64,000 nt of DNA from Dendrobates tinctorius (taxonomy: Eukaryota): positions 3,162,001 to 3,226,000 of the forward strand of contig NW_027361723.1 in NCBI RefSeq assembly GCF_039654945.1, in the 5' to 3' direction. The notes beneath the pieces were generated by a model that was not told the DNA's origin, made no database searches, and saw only the letters and a program-made list of their open reading frames with translations. The position numbers and the translations under genes were made by a program. This document shows, piece by piece, positions 25,681 to 39,290 of this stretch. How positions within the stretch are numbered: position 1 is the stretch's first letter; each line of letters begins with the position of its first letter.

Positions 25681-26020
25681 GTACATTATATAATTGATGC
25701 TGGGCGCAGTGTCAGGATGGATAGTTATCTGTTGCTAATACGAGCTCTGCACTGTACAGCGCTGTGTACACGGATATGGCCGTGCATTTACGTCAGTGGC
25801 GTCTGCTCCATATTCCGAATGTAAGGGATGATGTGAACCGCCTCGTGGAGGAGGCGGGGACAACAGGGGGCGGGGTTACTGGGCGAGAGGCGGAGTTGCT
25901 CTTCACAATGATTGGTTAAACACATCATGTCCTTATTGGCTTCTTTTATTTATGCCACAACCAGTGGCGTGCAGGGGGCGTGTTTCCTATAGACCAATGA
26001 GGACGCGCCCTGGAGCATAA

Positions 26021-26485
<465 letters not shown>

Positions 26486-26514
26486 ATCTTCCCGGGCTCC
26501 AACCACAACACAAA

Positions 26515-26556
26515 GGCTCTTTTCAGAGCCACCAAATCTTTCCAAAAACGAGCTGA
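26515..26556 (+). terminator. H3 stem-loop and HDE
   Basis: Consensus GGCTCTTTTCAGAGCC at 26515-26530; AAAAACGAGCTG downstream. Confidence 0.95.
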
Positions 26557-26955
26557 GTCCTGAACTGCCGGTTTATGTGCGTGTTCTACATATACGCATC
26601 GCACTCTCTCAGGAATAGATGGTGGCTGCGGTTTCTGATATCACAGGTGATCGCTGAGCGATAACTGAAATCTCACGTTTCTCTATTCTCATCCATTGTA
26701 AAACATGCGGAGTCTATAACATAACCAACGTTAATATAGGGAGAGGGGTAAGGTGTGTATACCCTCAAAGTGTGGTGAATTTCTATACTGTGATGTAGCC
26801 TCTATAAAGCGCTCTAGATATTTCATCCATACAGTAACTCCTGACCCATATAGCGCTGTATATCCAGGTAACCATCTGTTTTAACCGCTGATGTCACATA
26901 ACACCACAAAATACCCGCAATCTCCCTCCCTGGCCACATCACACAGCGGAGATCA

Positions 26956-27360
<405 letters not shown>

Positions 27361-28848
27361 CTATGACTAATGAGCGCAGGGTCCTTTACATGGAGGCGGG
27401 GCGGACCGGAGCGAAAACAGGAGGGATGACCGTTTCCGGGGCGGGGGTTCTAGTATTGAATTCGCGGTTAAGCTCCTCCTCTTCTCTGATTGGCTGAATA
27501 CAGGACTGTTGGTGATTTTGAATTCCCCCCCCTCTCTGTTACAAAGAATATTCAACAAAACTCCCCATCGCGGCGCCGCCGCTAGATCTGTCCGTTATTT
27601 GGATTTTTCCGTTGCTATTTTCCAGCTTCTTCATAATGTAATAAGTAAATAAATACTTTAGGGACAGTGATCTCCAGAAGCCTCATCTGACCCAGGCAGT
27701 CGCTCCTCATTACAGGTGGTGGCGGCCAGTACAGGGCAGGGAGCCGCATGTAACGAGTCCCGGAGGCTCCATCCCCGGAGAAGAGGAGAAATATCAGATA
27801 CAAGATAACGATCCCCAACCACCGATGTGATCTGCAGCGACCATCGCCGCGCACGGGATCTGCTCCAATCAACGTCAGGAATAATGTTCACTAAGACAAT
27901 ATAGAAAAGGGAGTGGGAAGGCGCCAGCACCGATCCGGGGACAAATACGGGTATAGGCAGAACACACTGGAGAGGCGGCACCAGGACCCAGCGCGTGTGA
28001 CATCAGATTGTGATCGCTAACGCTTCTCCGGAGCGCAATGTGCGACTGAGCGGGAAATTAGGGTTCACTAACGGCTCAGTAAATGACGGCGGAACATCGA
28101 AATAAAGAACCGACCATTCGCCCGCTACTTAATTTACTTTCAACTCCTTAGTGACCGTATTCCTGCTGAATCTCTGCTCTGTACAGAATCCGCCTCAAGC
28201 ACCGCAGACCCCGGCTGTGCACACCATACCCCTCTCCCTTACAATGGATGAGACTAGAGAAAGTGCTGAGCGATAACTGGAATCTCACTTCTCACCTGTG
28301 ATATCAGAAACCGCAGCCGCCATCTATTCCTGAGAGAGTGCGATCCGTATAGGGAGAACACGCACATAAACCGGACAGCGGAAGGAAAAGGAGTGTGTAG
28401 AATCCGAGACTCCATGAACTTGTATTATTCCAGTGAAGCGCAGTGACGGCCGGGTGCCCTCATAGATCGCTGTAGCGCGGCTCCTGGATTCATCCAGTGT
28501 TGTGTCTGCACCTCACTACTACCACCCCCAGCATTCACAGGAAACTCACAAATTGGAATGGAAAGGGTTAATGTAAGAGGAGATGAAAAGAGAAAGCAGA
28601 GATCCAACCAGGAGGATAATCTACTGGAAATGTCACTGAGCAGAGATCATCATTACCAGCTGCGGGAGAGCGAGGACCTATCGCCGAGTGCAACGCACCA
28701 CCTGCAATCATTATCACTGACCTATTGGAGAGAGGAGGTCCCAGTGTAGACGTTTTCTCCGGAAAGGAGCTGCTCAGCACATGCACGGCCTTGATGAGGA
28801 CACTACACAGGGCAGCGGAGGAGCAGCTCTTATGGTGAGGGGGTGGGC

Positions 28849-28864
28849 GGCTCTTAGAAGAGCC
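28849..28864 (-). terminator. H2B stem-loop (HDE AAGAGCTG downstream)
   Basis: Reverse complement GGCTCTTCTAAGAGCC. Confidence 0.93.
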
Positions 28865-28888
28865 TTTGGGGTGATGGCGGAGCNNNNN

Positions 28889-29997
<1,109 letters not shown>

Positions 29998-30029
29998 GCG
30001 CTGCTGCCGATCCCACCTACACAACCAAA

Positions 30030-30070
30030 GGCTCTTCTAAGAGCCACCCACCCCGTCACCACCAGAGCTG
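30030..30070 (+). terminator. H2A stem-loop and HDE
   Basis: GGCTCTTCTAAGAGCC at 30030-30045; CAGAGCTG downstream. Confidence 0.93.
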
Positions 30071-30928
30071 ACGCCGCTGATCTCGGGTCCTCACATTCCA
30101 GACACCACGGGCTGCCGCCACCAGTCTGTAGGTTGCTGCGCACACTGGAATCCGTTGTGCGGTTTCTACCCAAAACACTGGAGTGTCGGGAGATGAATGG
30201 GATAATATCATATGAAGCCTCAGACCTGTGGGGGGAGAGGAGTCCCTCATTAGTGTCTGATCCTCCGGCCCCTGACATCGCTGTGGAGATAACACGCAGT
30301 GATCACGTATCGGGGGGGAGTTGGCGGCCGCTGCCGGCGATTCTCCACATCAGTGACTGCGGCTCCTCCCGGAGGACGATCCCGTGATGGCGGCTCTGGA
30401 GGGCTGGACTCAGCGCGGTTCTCGGGTGACCGGATTGTGATCTCCGCTGTCAGCCGTGACCGGTAGTAATCCTCCGCGGAACAAGAGCGGGAACTTCAAA
30501 TCCCCCAACGGATCCTGTGATCAGACAATGAGCGGGAATCCTCGGTAAAGCGCCGTCCTCAGTGACGTACATAGACGTCTTTCCAACTCCGTTTAACTCC
30601 TTACTTGCCGTGTTGCTGCTGATCTCCCCTTATTTAGCAGTGTCCACAGATGCGGCACCTTCTCCCCAGCCCCCGGCAGCGCTCACATCGGGCTCCTCCA
30701 GAGCATCTGCTGCTTGCAGCCCCCTGTAATCACTGCAGACACAACTGGGAGTCCTGATAATACTTACTAAAAGGGTTAACCCCACAATAGTGTAGTGTAA
30801 TCAGCCGCAGGCTTCACTGAACAAATACTAAGTAACGCAGAAAAATAAGAATTAATAAAGCCAATAAACCACGAATCCTCCTGCTTTTCTTTCATTGCTA
30901 AAATATCACAGATCAAAGCATCATACCT

Positions 30929-31160
30929 AGTGAGGAGCGAGCAGTAAAGAGCTCGGGTGCTCGTTCGGGTTGAGCAAATTTGAATACTCAGGTACTTGGA
31001 CAGAACAACGAGCCCAATGTAAGTCTATGGGAGACCCCAGCATTTCTACATGGATCCCCCAGGTCTAAAAACATCTGAAAATGATGGAAACACTGCTGCA
31101 ATGACAGGGGACATCATGGGGATCACCCCTGGAAGCATTCCTGACTCCTAGGTCACAGCT
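30929..31160. mobile_element. Degenerate hAT-type MITE fragment
   Basis: TAGTGAGGAGCG terminus, CTCGG/CGAG subterminal repeats and a CCCAATGTAAGTCTATGGG motif shared with the other hAT ends; second end not found. Confidence 0.5.
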
Positions 31161-31292
31161 TTATCATTGTAGCATTTACCAACCCTAGGTGGCCATGTGG
31201 TGTGTGATATTAGCAGACACATCTTGTCTTTCAGAGTCCCTCCTTCATAAATGAAACAAGTGTAAAGATGGATGTTTCAAATATATCCCTAC

Positions 31293-31847
31293 TAGTGTTG
31301 AGCATTCCGATACTGCAAATATCGGGTATCGGCCGATATTCGCTGTATCGGAATTCCGATACCGAGTACCGATATTTTTTCAATGTCGGAATCGGAAGTT
31401 CCCATAATGCAAAGAGCCACTGTTGTGGCTCTGATTGGCTGCCGAAATGATGTCATCATGATGCGCCGTCAGTTCGAGCCTTCCGGGGGAGGGGGGTCTA
31501 TGCAGACTGCCCGGGGTTCTGTACCGGCCTGCCGGTGGTCTGTACTGACTGTCCGGGGGTCTGAGCGGCCTGCCGGGGGGGCTGTGCCGACTGTCCGGGG
31601 GTCTGTGCAGGCTGCGGGGGTCTGTGCAGGATCGTCCGATGGGACTACAAGTCCCATCGGGCGATGCCTGCTACCATGACGGTGATTGACACATTAACCA
31701 ATGATGGGACAGTAGTAGTCCCATCATCCGGCCTATGTGTTGAATGTAAAAAAAAAAAAAAACATACTACATACATGCTACATACATGCAACATACATAC
31801 TGCATATATTCCACATGCATGCAACATGCATACTACATATATACCAC
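31293..31847. mobile_element. Left portion of a third, diverged copy of the palindromic element, cut by hAT copy A
   Basis: TAGTGTTGAGCATTCCGATAC start; GC repeat, GGGACTACAAGTCCC hairpin and CATA repeat as in 4642-5400. Confidence 0.88.
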
Positions 31848-32004
31848 TAGAGTTGAGCGAAACGGGTCTAAAAAATTCAAAAGTCCCCGACTTTTGGCAA
31901 AGTCGGGTTTCATGAAACGAAACCCGACCCTAGGATGAGGTCGGCCACGAGGTCGGCGACTTACGCGCCAAAGTCGCGTTTCAAAAGTTTGTTTTGCGCT
32001 CTTT

Positions 32005-32160
32005 TTCAGCCAATCAGGATCCACGGACACTGTGGGCAACGTGATGACATAGGCAGGGGTCACCACCATCTTTCAGAAGGGCATGCAAGTGATTGGCTTG
32101 CTTTGGTGGGCGTCACAGGGGGTATAAAAGGGCGTGCACGCCGACCGCCATCTTACTTCT
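32005..32160 (+). promoter_or_regulatory. Putative Pol II promoter in the hAT left end
   Basis: CCAAT 32010, ATTGG 32092, TATAAAA 32123, YY1-like CCGCCATCTT 32145; conserved in the inverted copy at ~57520-57670. Confidence 0.65.
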
Positions 32161-33113
32161 GCCGATCTCAGTATAGGGAGAGGTTGCTGATTCTGTAGGG
32201 AGAGCGTTAGGCAGGGAAGAAGACAAAAAAAACTGCTTCTGCTGCTAGCGATTTTGCCTGCACAACACACCAGTCACTGTGTGTGCAGTGCAAGGGGAGG
32301 CTATATAGTGGTGTATCAGTGGTGTTGGTTGTTGGGCTGCCTTCTAAGGCTTCCAGACAGGCTGGCATTGCTGTTTACCCACTGCTCCGCAAACTGCTTT
32401 TTTAAAAGCAATCCCAATTTTTTTTTTTTAGTCCTGCTGAGAAGAAAAAAAAACTGCTTCTGCTGCTAGCAATTTGGCCTGCACAACACACCAGTCACTG
32501 TGTGTGCAGTGCAAGGGGAGGCTATATTGTGGTGTATCAGTGGTGTTGGTTGTTGGGCTGCCTTTTAAGGCTTCCTGACAGGCTGGCATTGCTGTTTACC
32601 CACTGCTCTGCAAACTGCTTTTTTAAAAGCATTCCAATCTCCCTTATCCTCTAGTCACTTTTGTCACAGCTGTGCCATTGAGCCTGTGACATAGCGCTCA
32701 GATATCAGTGGGCCTCACACAATCCAAAAGTGTCCAGTGTCCAAAAGTGTGTGCAGAAATTCAAAATCTCCCTTATCCTCTAGTCACTTTGGTCACAGCT
32801 GTGCCATCGAGCCTGTCACATAGCGCTCAGATATTCATTGGGCCTCACACAATACAAAAGTGTCCAGTGTCCAAAAGTGTCTGCAGAAATTCAAAATCTC
32901 CCTTATCCTCTAGTCACTTTGGTCACAGCTGTGCCATCGAGCCTGTCACATAGCGCTCTGATATTCATTGGGCCTCACACAATCCAAAAGTGTCCAGTGT
33001 CCAAAAGTTGTGCAGAGATTCAAAATCTCCCTTATCCTCTAGTCACTTTGGTCACAGCTGTGCCATCGAGCCTGTCACATAGCGCTCAGATATTCATTGG
33101 GCCTCACACAATC

Positions 33114-33395
33114 TCACACAAGGAAAGACTAGAAGCAATGGGATGAAACTGAATGGGAGGAGACACAGATTAGATATTAGAAAAAACTTTTTGACAGTTA
33201 GAGTGATCAATGAGTGGAACAGGCTGCCACGAGAAGTGGTGAGTTCTCCTTCAATGGAAGTCTTCAAACAGAGGCTGGACAGACATCTGACTGGGATGAT
33301 TTAGCGAATCCTGCTTTGAGCAGGGGGTTGGACCAGATGGCCCAGGAGGTCCCTTCCAACTCTACGATTCTATGATTCTATGATTCTATGATTCT
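33114..33395 (+). mobile_element. 5'-truncated CR1 3' end, same young family as 34346-39290
   Basis: Near-identical to the reverse complement of 34346-34625; (ATTCTATG)n tail; 4-bp TSD AATC. Confidence 0.93.
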
Positions 33396-34434
33396 AATCC
33401 AAAAGTGTCCAGTGTCCAAAAGTGTGTGCAGAGATTCAAAATCTCCCTTATCCTCTAGTCACTTTGGTCACAGCTGTGCCATCGAGCCTGTGACATAGCG
33501 CTCAGATATCAGTGGGCCTCACACAATCCAAAAGTGTCCAGTGTCCAAAAGTGTGTGCAGAGATTCAAAATCTCCCTTATCCTCTAGTCACTTTGGTCAC
33601 AGCTGTGCCATCGAGCCTGTCACATAGCGCTCAGATATTCATTGGGCCTCACACAATCCAAAAGTGTCCAGTGTCCAAAAGTGTGTGCAGAGATTCAAAA
33701 TCTCCCTTATCCTCTAGTCACTTTGGTCACAGCTGTGCCATCGAGCCTGTGACATAGCGCTCAGATATCAGTGGGCCTCACACAATCCAAAAGTGTCCAG
33801 TGTCCAAAAGTGTGTGCAGAGATTCAAAATCTCCCTTATCCTCTAGTCACTTTGGTCACAGCTGTGCCATCGAGCCTGTGACATAGCGCTCAGATACCAG
33901 TGGGCCTCACACAATCCAAAAGTGTCCAGTGTCCAAAAGTGTGTGCAGAGATTCAAAATCTCCCTTATCCTCTAGTCACTTTGGTCACAGCTGTGCCATC
34001 GAGCCTGTGACATAGCGCTCAGATACCAGTGGGCCTCACACAATCCAAAAGTGTCCAGTGTCCAAAAGTGTGTGCAGAGATTCAAAATCTCCCTTATCCT
34101 CTAGTCACTTTGGTCACAGCTGTGCCATCGAGCCTGTCACATAGCGCTCAGATATTCATTGGGCCTCACACAATCCAAAAGTGTCCAGTGTCCAAAAGTG
34201 TGTGCAGAGATTCAAAATCTCCCTTATCCTCTAGTCACTTTGGTCACAGCTGTGCCATCGAGCCTGTCACATAGCGCTCAGATATTCATTGGGCCTCACA
34301 CCATCCAAGAGTGTCCAGTGTCCAAAAGTGTGTGCAGAGATTCAAAATCATAGAATCATAGAATCATAGAATCGTAGAGTTGGAAGGGACCTCCTGGGCC
34401 ATCTGGTCCAACCCCCTGCTCAAAGCAGGATTCG

Positions 34435-37167
34435 CTAAATCATCCCAGTCAGATGTCTGTCCAGCCTCTGTTTGAAGACTTCCATTGAAGGAGAACTCAC
34501 CACTTCTCGTGGCAGCCTGTTCCACTCATTGATCACTCTAACTGTCAAAAAGTTTTTTCTAATATCTAATCTGTGTCTCTTCCCATTCAGTTTCATCCCA
34601 TTGCTTCTAGTCTTTCCTTGTGCAAATGAGAATAAAGTTGATCCTTCTACAATGTGACAGCCCTTTAGATATTTGTAGACAGCTATTAAGTCTCCTCTCA
34701 GTCTTCTCTTTTGCAAACTAAACATTCCCAAATCCTGCAACCTTTCCTCATAAGACAGGGTTTGCAGACCGGTCACCATTCTGGTCGCTCTTTTCTGAAC
34801 TTGCTCCAGTTTGTTGATGTCTTTTTTAAAATGTGGTGCCCAAAACTGGACACAATATTCCAGATGAGGTCTGACCAAAGAGGAGTAGAGGGAAATAATG
34901 ACTTCACGTGATCTAGACTGTATGCTTCTGTTAATACATCCTAGAATTGCATTTGCCTTTTTTGCTGCTGCATCACACTGTTGACTCATATTCAGTCTGT
35001 GATCTATTAGTATACCCAAGTCTTTTTCACATGTGCTGTCACTTAGCCCTATTCCTCCCATTCTATATATGCTTTTTTCATTTTTATTGCCCAGATGTAG
35101 TACTTTGCATTTCTCCCTGTTAAAAACCATTCTGTTTGTTGCTGCCCACTTCTCCAGTTTATTTAAATCTTTTTGAATCCTCTCTCTCTCTTCTCTAGTA
35201 TTAGCTATCCCTCCTAGCTTTGTGTCATCAGCAAATTTAATCAGTTTACCCTCAATTCCTTCATCTAAATCGTTGATAAAGATGTTGAACAATACAGGGC
35301 CCAGGACAGAGCCCTGTGGTACCCCACTTGAGACATTCTTCCAACTGGATGTGCAGCCATTTACGACCACTCTTTGGGTCCGATCACTAAGCCAGTTATG
35401 AATCCACCTAACAGTTGCCTTGTCCATTCCATACTTAGTCATTTTTTCAATAAGGATTGTATGAGAGACTTTGTCAAATGCTTTGCTGAAGTCAAGATAT
35501 ACTATATCTACAGCATTTCCTTGATCCACCCAATCAGTGATACCGTCATAGAAGGAAATTAAGTTAGTCTGACATGACTTATTAGTTAGAAACCCATGCT
35601 GACTCTGTTTAATCACTTCATTCTTATCCAGGTATTGACATACATGTTGTTTAATAATTTGTTCAAAGATCTTTCCTGGTATAGAAGTCAGACTCACCGG
35701 CCTATAGTTGCCTGGGTCCACCTTCTTCCCCTTTTTGAAGATAGGAACAACATTTGCTCTTCTCCAGTCTTCTGGCACTTCTCCTGTTCTCCAAGAATTT
35801 TCAAAGATTATGGAGAGGGGTTCAAAAATTTCTTCTGCTATCTCCTTCAGTACTCTGGGGTGTAATTCATCTGGACCTGGAGACTTGAATTCATTTAGGT
35901 TAGCTAAGTGTTTCCTCACTATCTTTCTGTTTATAGATATCCTGGATTCTTCTATTCCCTTAATAGGACAGTGAATAACAGTTGATGTTGCATTTCCTTT
36001 CTGAGAGAAAACAGATGCAAAATAGGAATTTAAAAGTTCAGCCTTCTCAACATCCTGTCTTACCATTTCATCATTTTCATCCTGTAAAAATCCTATAGCA
36101 TCTTTGACTTTTCTTTTACTTTTGACATATCCCCAAAATCCTTTATTATTGCTTTTGACATCTCTTGCAAGCCTCAGTTCATTTTCAGCTTTAGCTAATC
36201 TGATTTGTGCCCTGCAGGTTCTGCAGACAGCATTATATTCTTCTTTAGATATGCCTCCCTCTTTCCATTTTATAAACATTTTTTTCTTCCTTTTTAGCAT
36301 GTGCTTAAGTTCTGTGTTCATCCATCCTGGTTTCCTTAAGTGCTTCCTATTCTTCCCTCTTTTCGGAATTGTTAACAACTGTGCTTTGAGAATTTCATTT
36401 TTCAAGATTTCCCATCCTTCCTGGACATTTTTGTCTTTAAGGATATCCAGCCATTGGATCCCTCCAATTCTCTTTCTGAATCCCTTAAAATCTGCCTTTC
36501 TGAAATCTAACCTTGACGTCTGAGTCTTCACAGGTCTTCCACCTCTAGTTATCCAAAATTCTAAAATAGCATGGTCGCTACCTCCTAGGGTCCCAGCCAC
36601 TTTTACCTCCTCAACCATTTCCTCCCTGTTTATAAGGATTAGATCCAAGGTAGCAGTTCCCCTTGTTTTCTCCCCTACCTTTTGGAAGATAAAGTTGTCA
36701 GCAAGAGAGGATAAGAATTTCCTTGACCTGTTAGTTTTGCCTGAGAGAGATTCCCAACAAATGTCTGGATAGTTGAAATCTCCCATGACAACTATGTCAT
36801 ATTTTTTGGAGAACTTGGCCATCTGATGCATAAAGAGTTCATCTATATCTTCGGCTTGCACAGGCGGCCTGTAGTAAATGCCTACAATGGTGTCCTTTCC
36901 ATTGTTCCGTCCTTGTATTCTTACCCAAACAGTTTCCACAGAACTTCCAGTCTCTGAAGCTTCAATCTCTGTGCAGATATACGCGTTTCGAACATACAAT
37001 GCGACACCCCCTCCTCGTTTATCAAGTCTGTTTCTTGCAAATAAGTTGTATCCTTCTAGTCTTGTATTCCAATCATGTGTATTGTCCCACCAAGTTTCAG
37101 TGATTCCAATTACATCATATTTCTTTTCCTGTGTTAGTAGTTCCAATTCTCCTTGTTTGTTGCCCAT
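34435..37167 (-). CDS. CR1 ORF2 (APE endonuclease + RT); the frame stays open upstream to at least 37356
   Basis: 910 aa from the first ATG with no stops: GITETWW, GDFN, SDH, YRPVSL, QHGF, LDFSKAFD, GVPQGS, FADD. Confidence 0.96.
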   Translation of the reverse strand: MGNKQGELELLTQEKKYDVIGITETWWDNTHDWNTRLEGYNLFARNRLDKRGGGVALYVRNAYICTEIEASETGSSVETVWVRIQGRNNGKDTIVGIYYRPPVQAEDIDELFMHQMAKFSKKYDIVVMGDFNYPDICWESLSGKTNRSRKFLSSLADNFIFQKVGEKTRGTATLDLILINREEMVEEVKVAGTLGGSDHAILEFWITRGGRPVKTQTSRLDFRKADFKGFRKRIGGIQWLDILKDKNVQEGWEILKNEILKAQLLTIPKRGKNRKHLRKPGWMNTELKHMLKRKKKMFIKWKEGGISKEEYNAVCRTCRAQIRLAKAENELRLARDVKSNNKGFWGYVKSKRKVKDAIGFLQDENDEMVRQDVEKAELLNSYFASVFSQKGNATSTVIHCPIKGIEESRISINRKIVRKHLANLNEFKSPGPDELHPRVLKEIAEEIFEPLSIIFENSWRTGEVPEDWRRANVVPIFKKGKKVDPGNYRPVSLTSIPGKIFEQIIKQHVCQYLDKNEVIKQSQHGFLTNKSCQTNLISFYDGITDWVDQGNAVDIVYLDFSKAFDKVSHTILIEKMTKYGMDKATVRWIHNWLSDRTQRVVVNGCTSSWKNVSSGVPQGSVLGPVLFNIFINDLDEGIEGKLIKFADDTKLGGIANTREERERIQKDLNKLEKWAATNRMVFNREKCKVLHLGNKNEKSIYRMGGIGLSDSTCEKDLGILIDHRLNMSQQCDAAAKKANAILGCINRSIQSRSREVIISLYSSLVRPHLEYCVQFWAPHFKKDINKLEQVQKRATRMVTGLQTLSYEERLQDLGMFSLQKRRLRGDLIAVYKYLKGCHIVEGSTLFSFAQGKTRSNGMKLNGKRHRLDIRKNFLTVRVINEWNRLPREVVSSPSMEVFKQRLDRHLTGMI

Positions 37168-37346
37168 GCTTTGTGCATTAGTATAGAAACATTTTAGTTT
37201 GTGATTGGTTTCTCTTTCTCCAATATTTTTATTAATTAGATTCTTTCGTCTTTGTTCTTCCTTTCCACTTCTAATAGCAGAGTTCTCAATAGCATTTGTC
37301 AGGTGTATGGCTTTTTCTGGTCTTTTGCTTCCCTTCCCATGTTGTT

Positions 37347-38309
37347 CTAGTTTAAAGCTCTCCTTACAAGTGTAGCAAGGCGACTTCCAAATACATGCTT
37401 TCCAGTCTTCGTAAGGTGCACCCCATCTCTAGCAAGTAGTCCATCGTATAAGTAGTTCACTCCGTGATCCAGAAATCCAAATCGTTGCTGACGGCACCAT
37501 CGACGTAGCCAGTTGTTCACCTGCAGAATCTTATTCCACCTCCTTGTTCCATGGCCATCCACTGGGAGGATGGAAGAGAAGACCACCTGCGCTCCCAGTT
37601 CTTTCACTTTCTTGCCTAAGTCTTCAAAGTCTCTGCAGATGGTTTCCAGGTCGTTTCTTGCGGTGTCATTTGTCCCCACATGTAGTAGCAGGAATGGGTA
37701 GTCATCTGTAGGTCTGAAGAGTCCTGATATCCTGTCAGACACATCTTTAATTTTTGCACCTGGAAGACAGCACATTTCTCTTGAAGTTATATCCGGTCTG
37801 CAGATAGCGGCCTCAGTTCCTCTCAGCAGGGAATCCCCCATGACCACCACTCTCCGTTTCTTCTTCACAACATTTTTCTTTCTCCATCCAGGAGGACTCT
37901 GAAGGCGTACAAGGTTGCTGTTTGTTGGCAAAGTCTTATCCTGATGTATTTCTTCATCGTTTTCCTGCGTGAGAGCCTGGTACTGGTTTCTGAGCAGTAT
38001 GGGTGCTGACTGCCTCCTGATCCTCCTGCTTCTCTGGGTCACATGTCTCCATTCCTCTGTTTCTTCAGGTGCACTTCGAATTTCTTCTCTTTCTGTAACA
38101 TGAAGAGATAATTCTGCTCTGTCCAAGAACTCTTCACCTTCCTTAATGATCTTCAACGTAGCTAACCTCTCTTCGAGATTTTGCAACTTTTCCTCCAACA
38201 GGGACACAAGCTTGCATTTGTGGCATGTGAAGTTTGGCTTTTCCACTGGTAAATCTGTGAACATGTAGCAAGAAATGCAGCTCACCAAATGGCTCCTGGC
38301 CTCTTCCAT
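37347..38309 (-). CDS. CR1 ORF1 (zinc-finger/leucine zipper + SGNH esterase-like), 320 aa
   Basis: CxxC..CxxC, coiled coil, GDSLLRG, HVGTND, DGVH, ends RALN*. Confidence 0.93.
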   Translation of the reverse strand: MEEARSHLVSCISCYMFTDLPVEKPNFTCHKCKLVSLLEEKLQNLEERLATLKIIKEGEEFLDRAELSLHVTEREEIRSAPEETEEWRHVTQRSRRIRRQSAPILLRNQYQALTQENDEEIHQDKTLPTNSNLVRLQSPPGWRKKNVVKKKRRVVVMGDSLLRGTEAAICRPDITSREMCCLPGAKIKDVSDRISGLFRPTDDYPFLLLHVGTNDTARNDLETICRDFEDLGKKVKELGAQVVFSSILPVDGHGTRRWNKILQVNNWLRRWCRQQRFGFLDHGVNYLYDGLLARDGVHLTKTGKHVFGSRLATLVRRALN

Positions 38310-38354
38310 CTTGAGATTTCTTAAAAACGATGAAAGATGAGCCAAACTTCGCGC

Positions 38355-39290
38355 GCCAAAACCCAGTGATCGTTGAGCTCGCGGAGACTCTTCACTTATC
38401 CCAGAAGGCACTGGGAATATGCAAATGATCTCCTCAAGACTCTTCCCCTGGTTTTCCGATTTCCTCTTTTCAGCTGCAACCGCCAAAACCCAGTGATCGT
38501 TGAGCTCGCGGAGACTCTTCACTTATCCCAGAAGGCACTGGGAATATGCAAATGATCTCCTCAAGACTCTTCCCCTGGTTTTCCGATTTCCTCTTTTCAG
38601 CTGCAACCGCCAAAACCCAGTGATCGTTGAGCTCACGGAGACTCTTCACTTATCCCAGAAGGCACTGGGAATATGCAAATGATCTCCTCAAGACTCTTCC
38701 CCTGGTTTTCCGATTTCCTCTTTTCAGCTGCAACCGCCAAAACCCAGTGATCGTTGAGCTCGCGGAGACTCTTCACTTATCCCAGAAGGCACTGGGAATA
38801 TGCAAATGATCTCCTCAAGACTCTTCCCCTGGTTTTCCGATTTCCTCTTTTCAGCTGCAACCGCCAAAACCCAGTGATCGTTGAGCTCGCGGAGACTCTT
38901 CACTTATCCCAGAAGGCACTGGGAATATGCAAATGATCTCCTCAAGACTCTTCCCCTGGTTTTCCGATTTCCTCTTTTCAGCTGCAACCGCCAAAACCCA
39001 GTGATCGTTGAGCTCACGGAGACTCTTCACTTATCCCAGAAGGCACTGGGAATATGCAAATGATCTCCTCAAGACTCTTCCCCTGGTTTTCCGATTTCCT
39101 CTTTTCAGCTGCAACCGCCAAAACCCAGTGATCGTTGAGCTCGCGGAGACTCTTCACTTATCCCAGAAGGCACTGGGAATATGCAAATGATCTCCTCAAG
39201 ACTCTTCCCCTGGTTTTCCGATTTCCTCTTTTCAGCTGCAACCGCCAAAACCCAGTGATCGTTGAGCTCGCGGAGACTCTTCACTTATCC
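38355..39290 (-). repeat. 127-bp tandem monomers forming the CR1 5' UTR (7 full + partial)
   Basis: 127-bp periodicity; each unit carries ATGCAAAT and CAGCTG. Confidence 0.95.

Larger units (their letters stand above)
34346..39290 (-). mobile_element. Full-length CR1 LINE, apparently intact
   Basis: 5' monomer array, ORF1, ORF2, short 3' UTR and (ATTCTATG)n tail. Confidence 0.96.
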
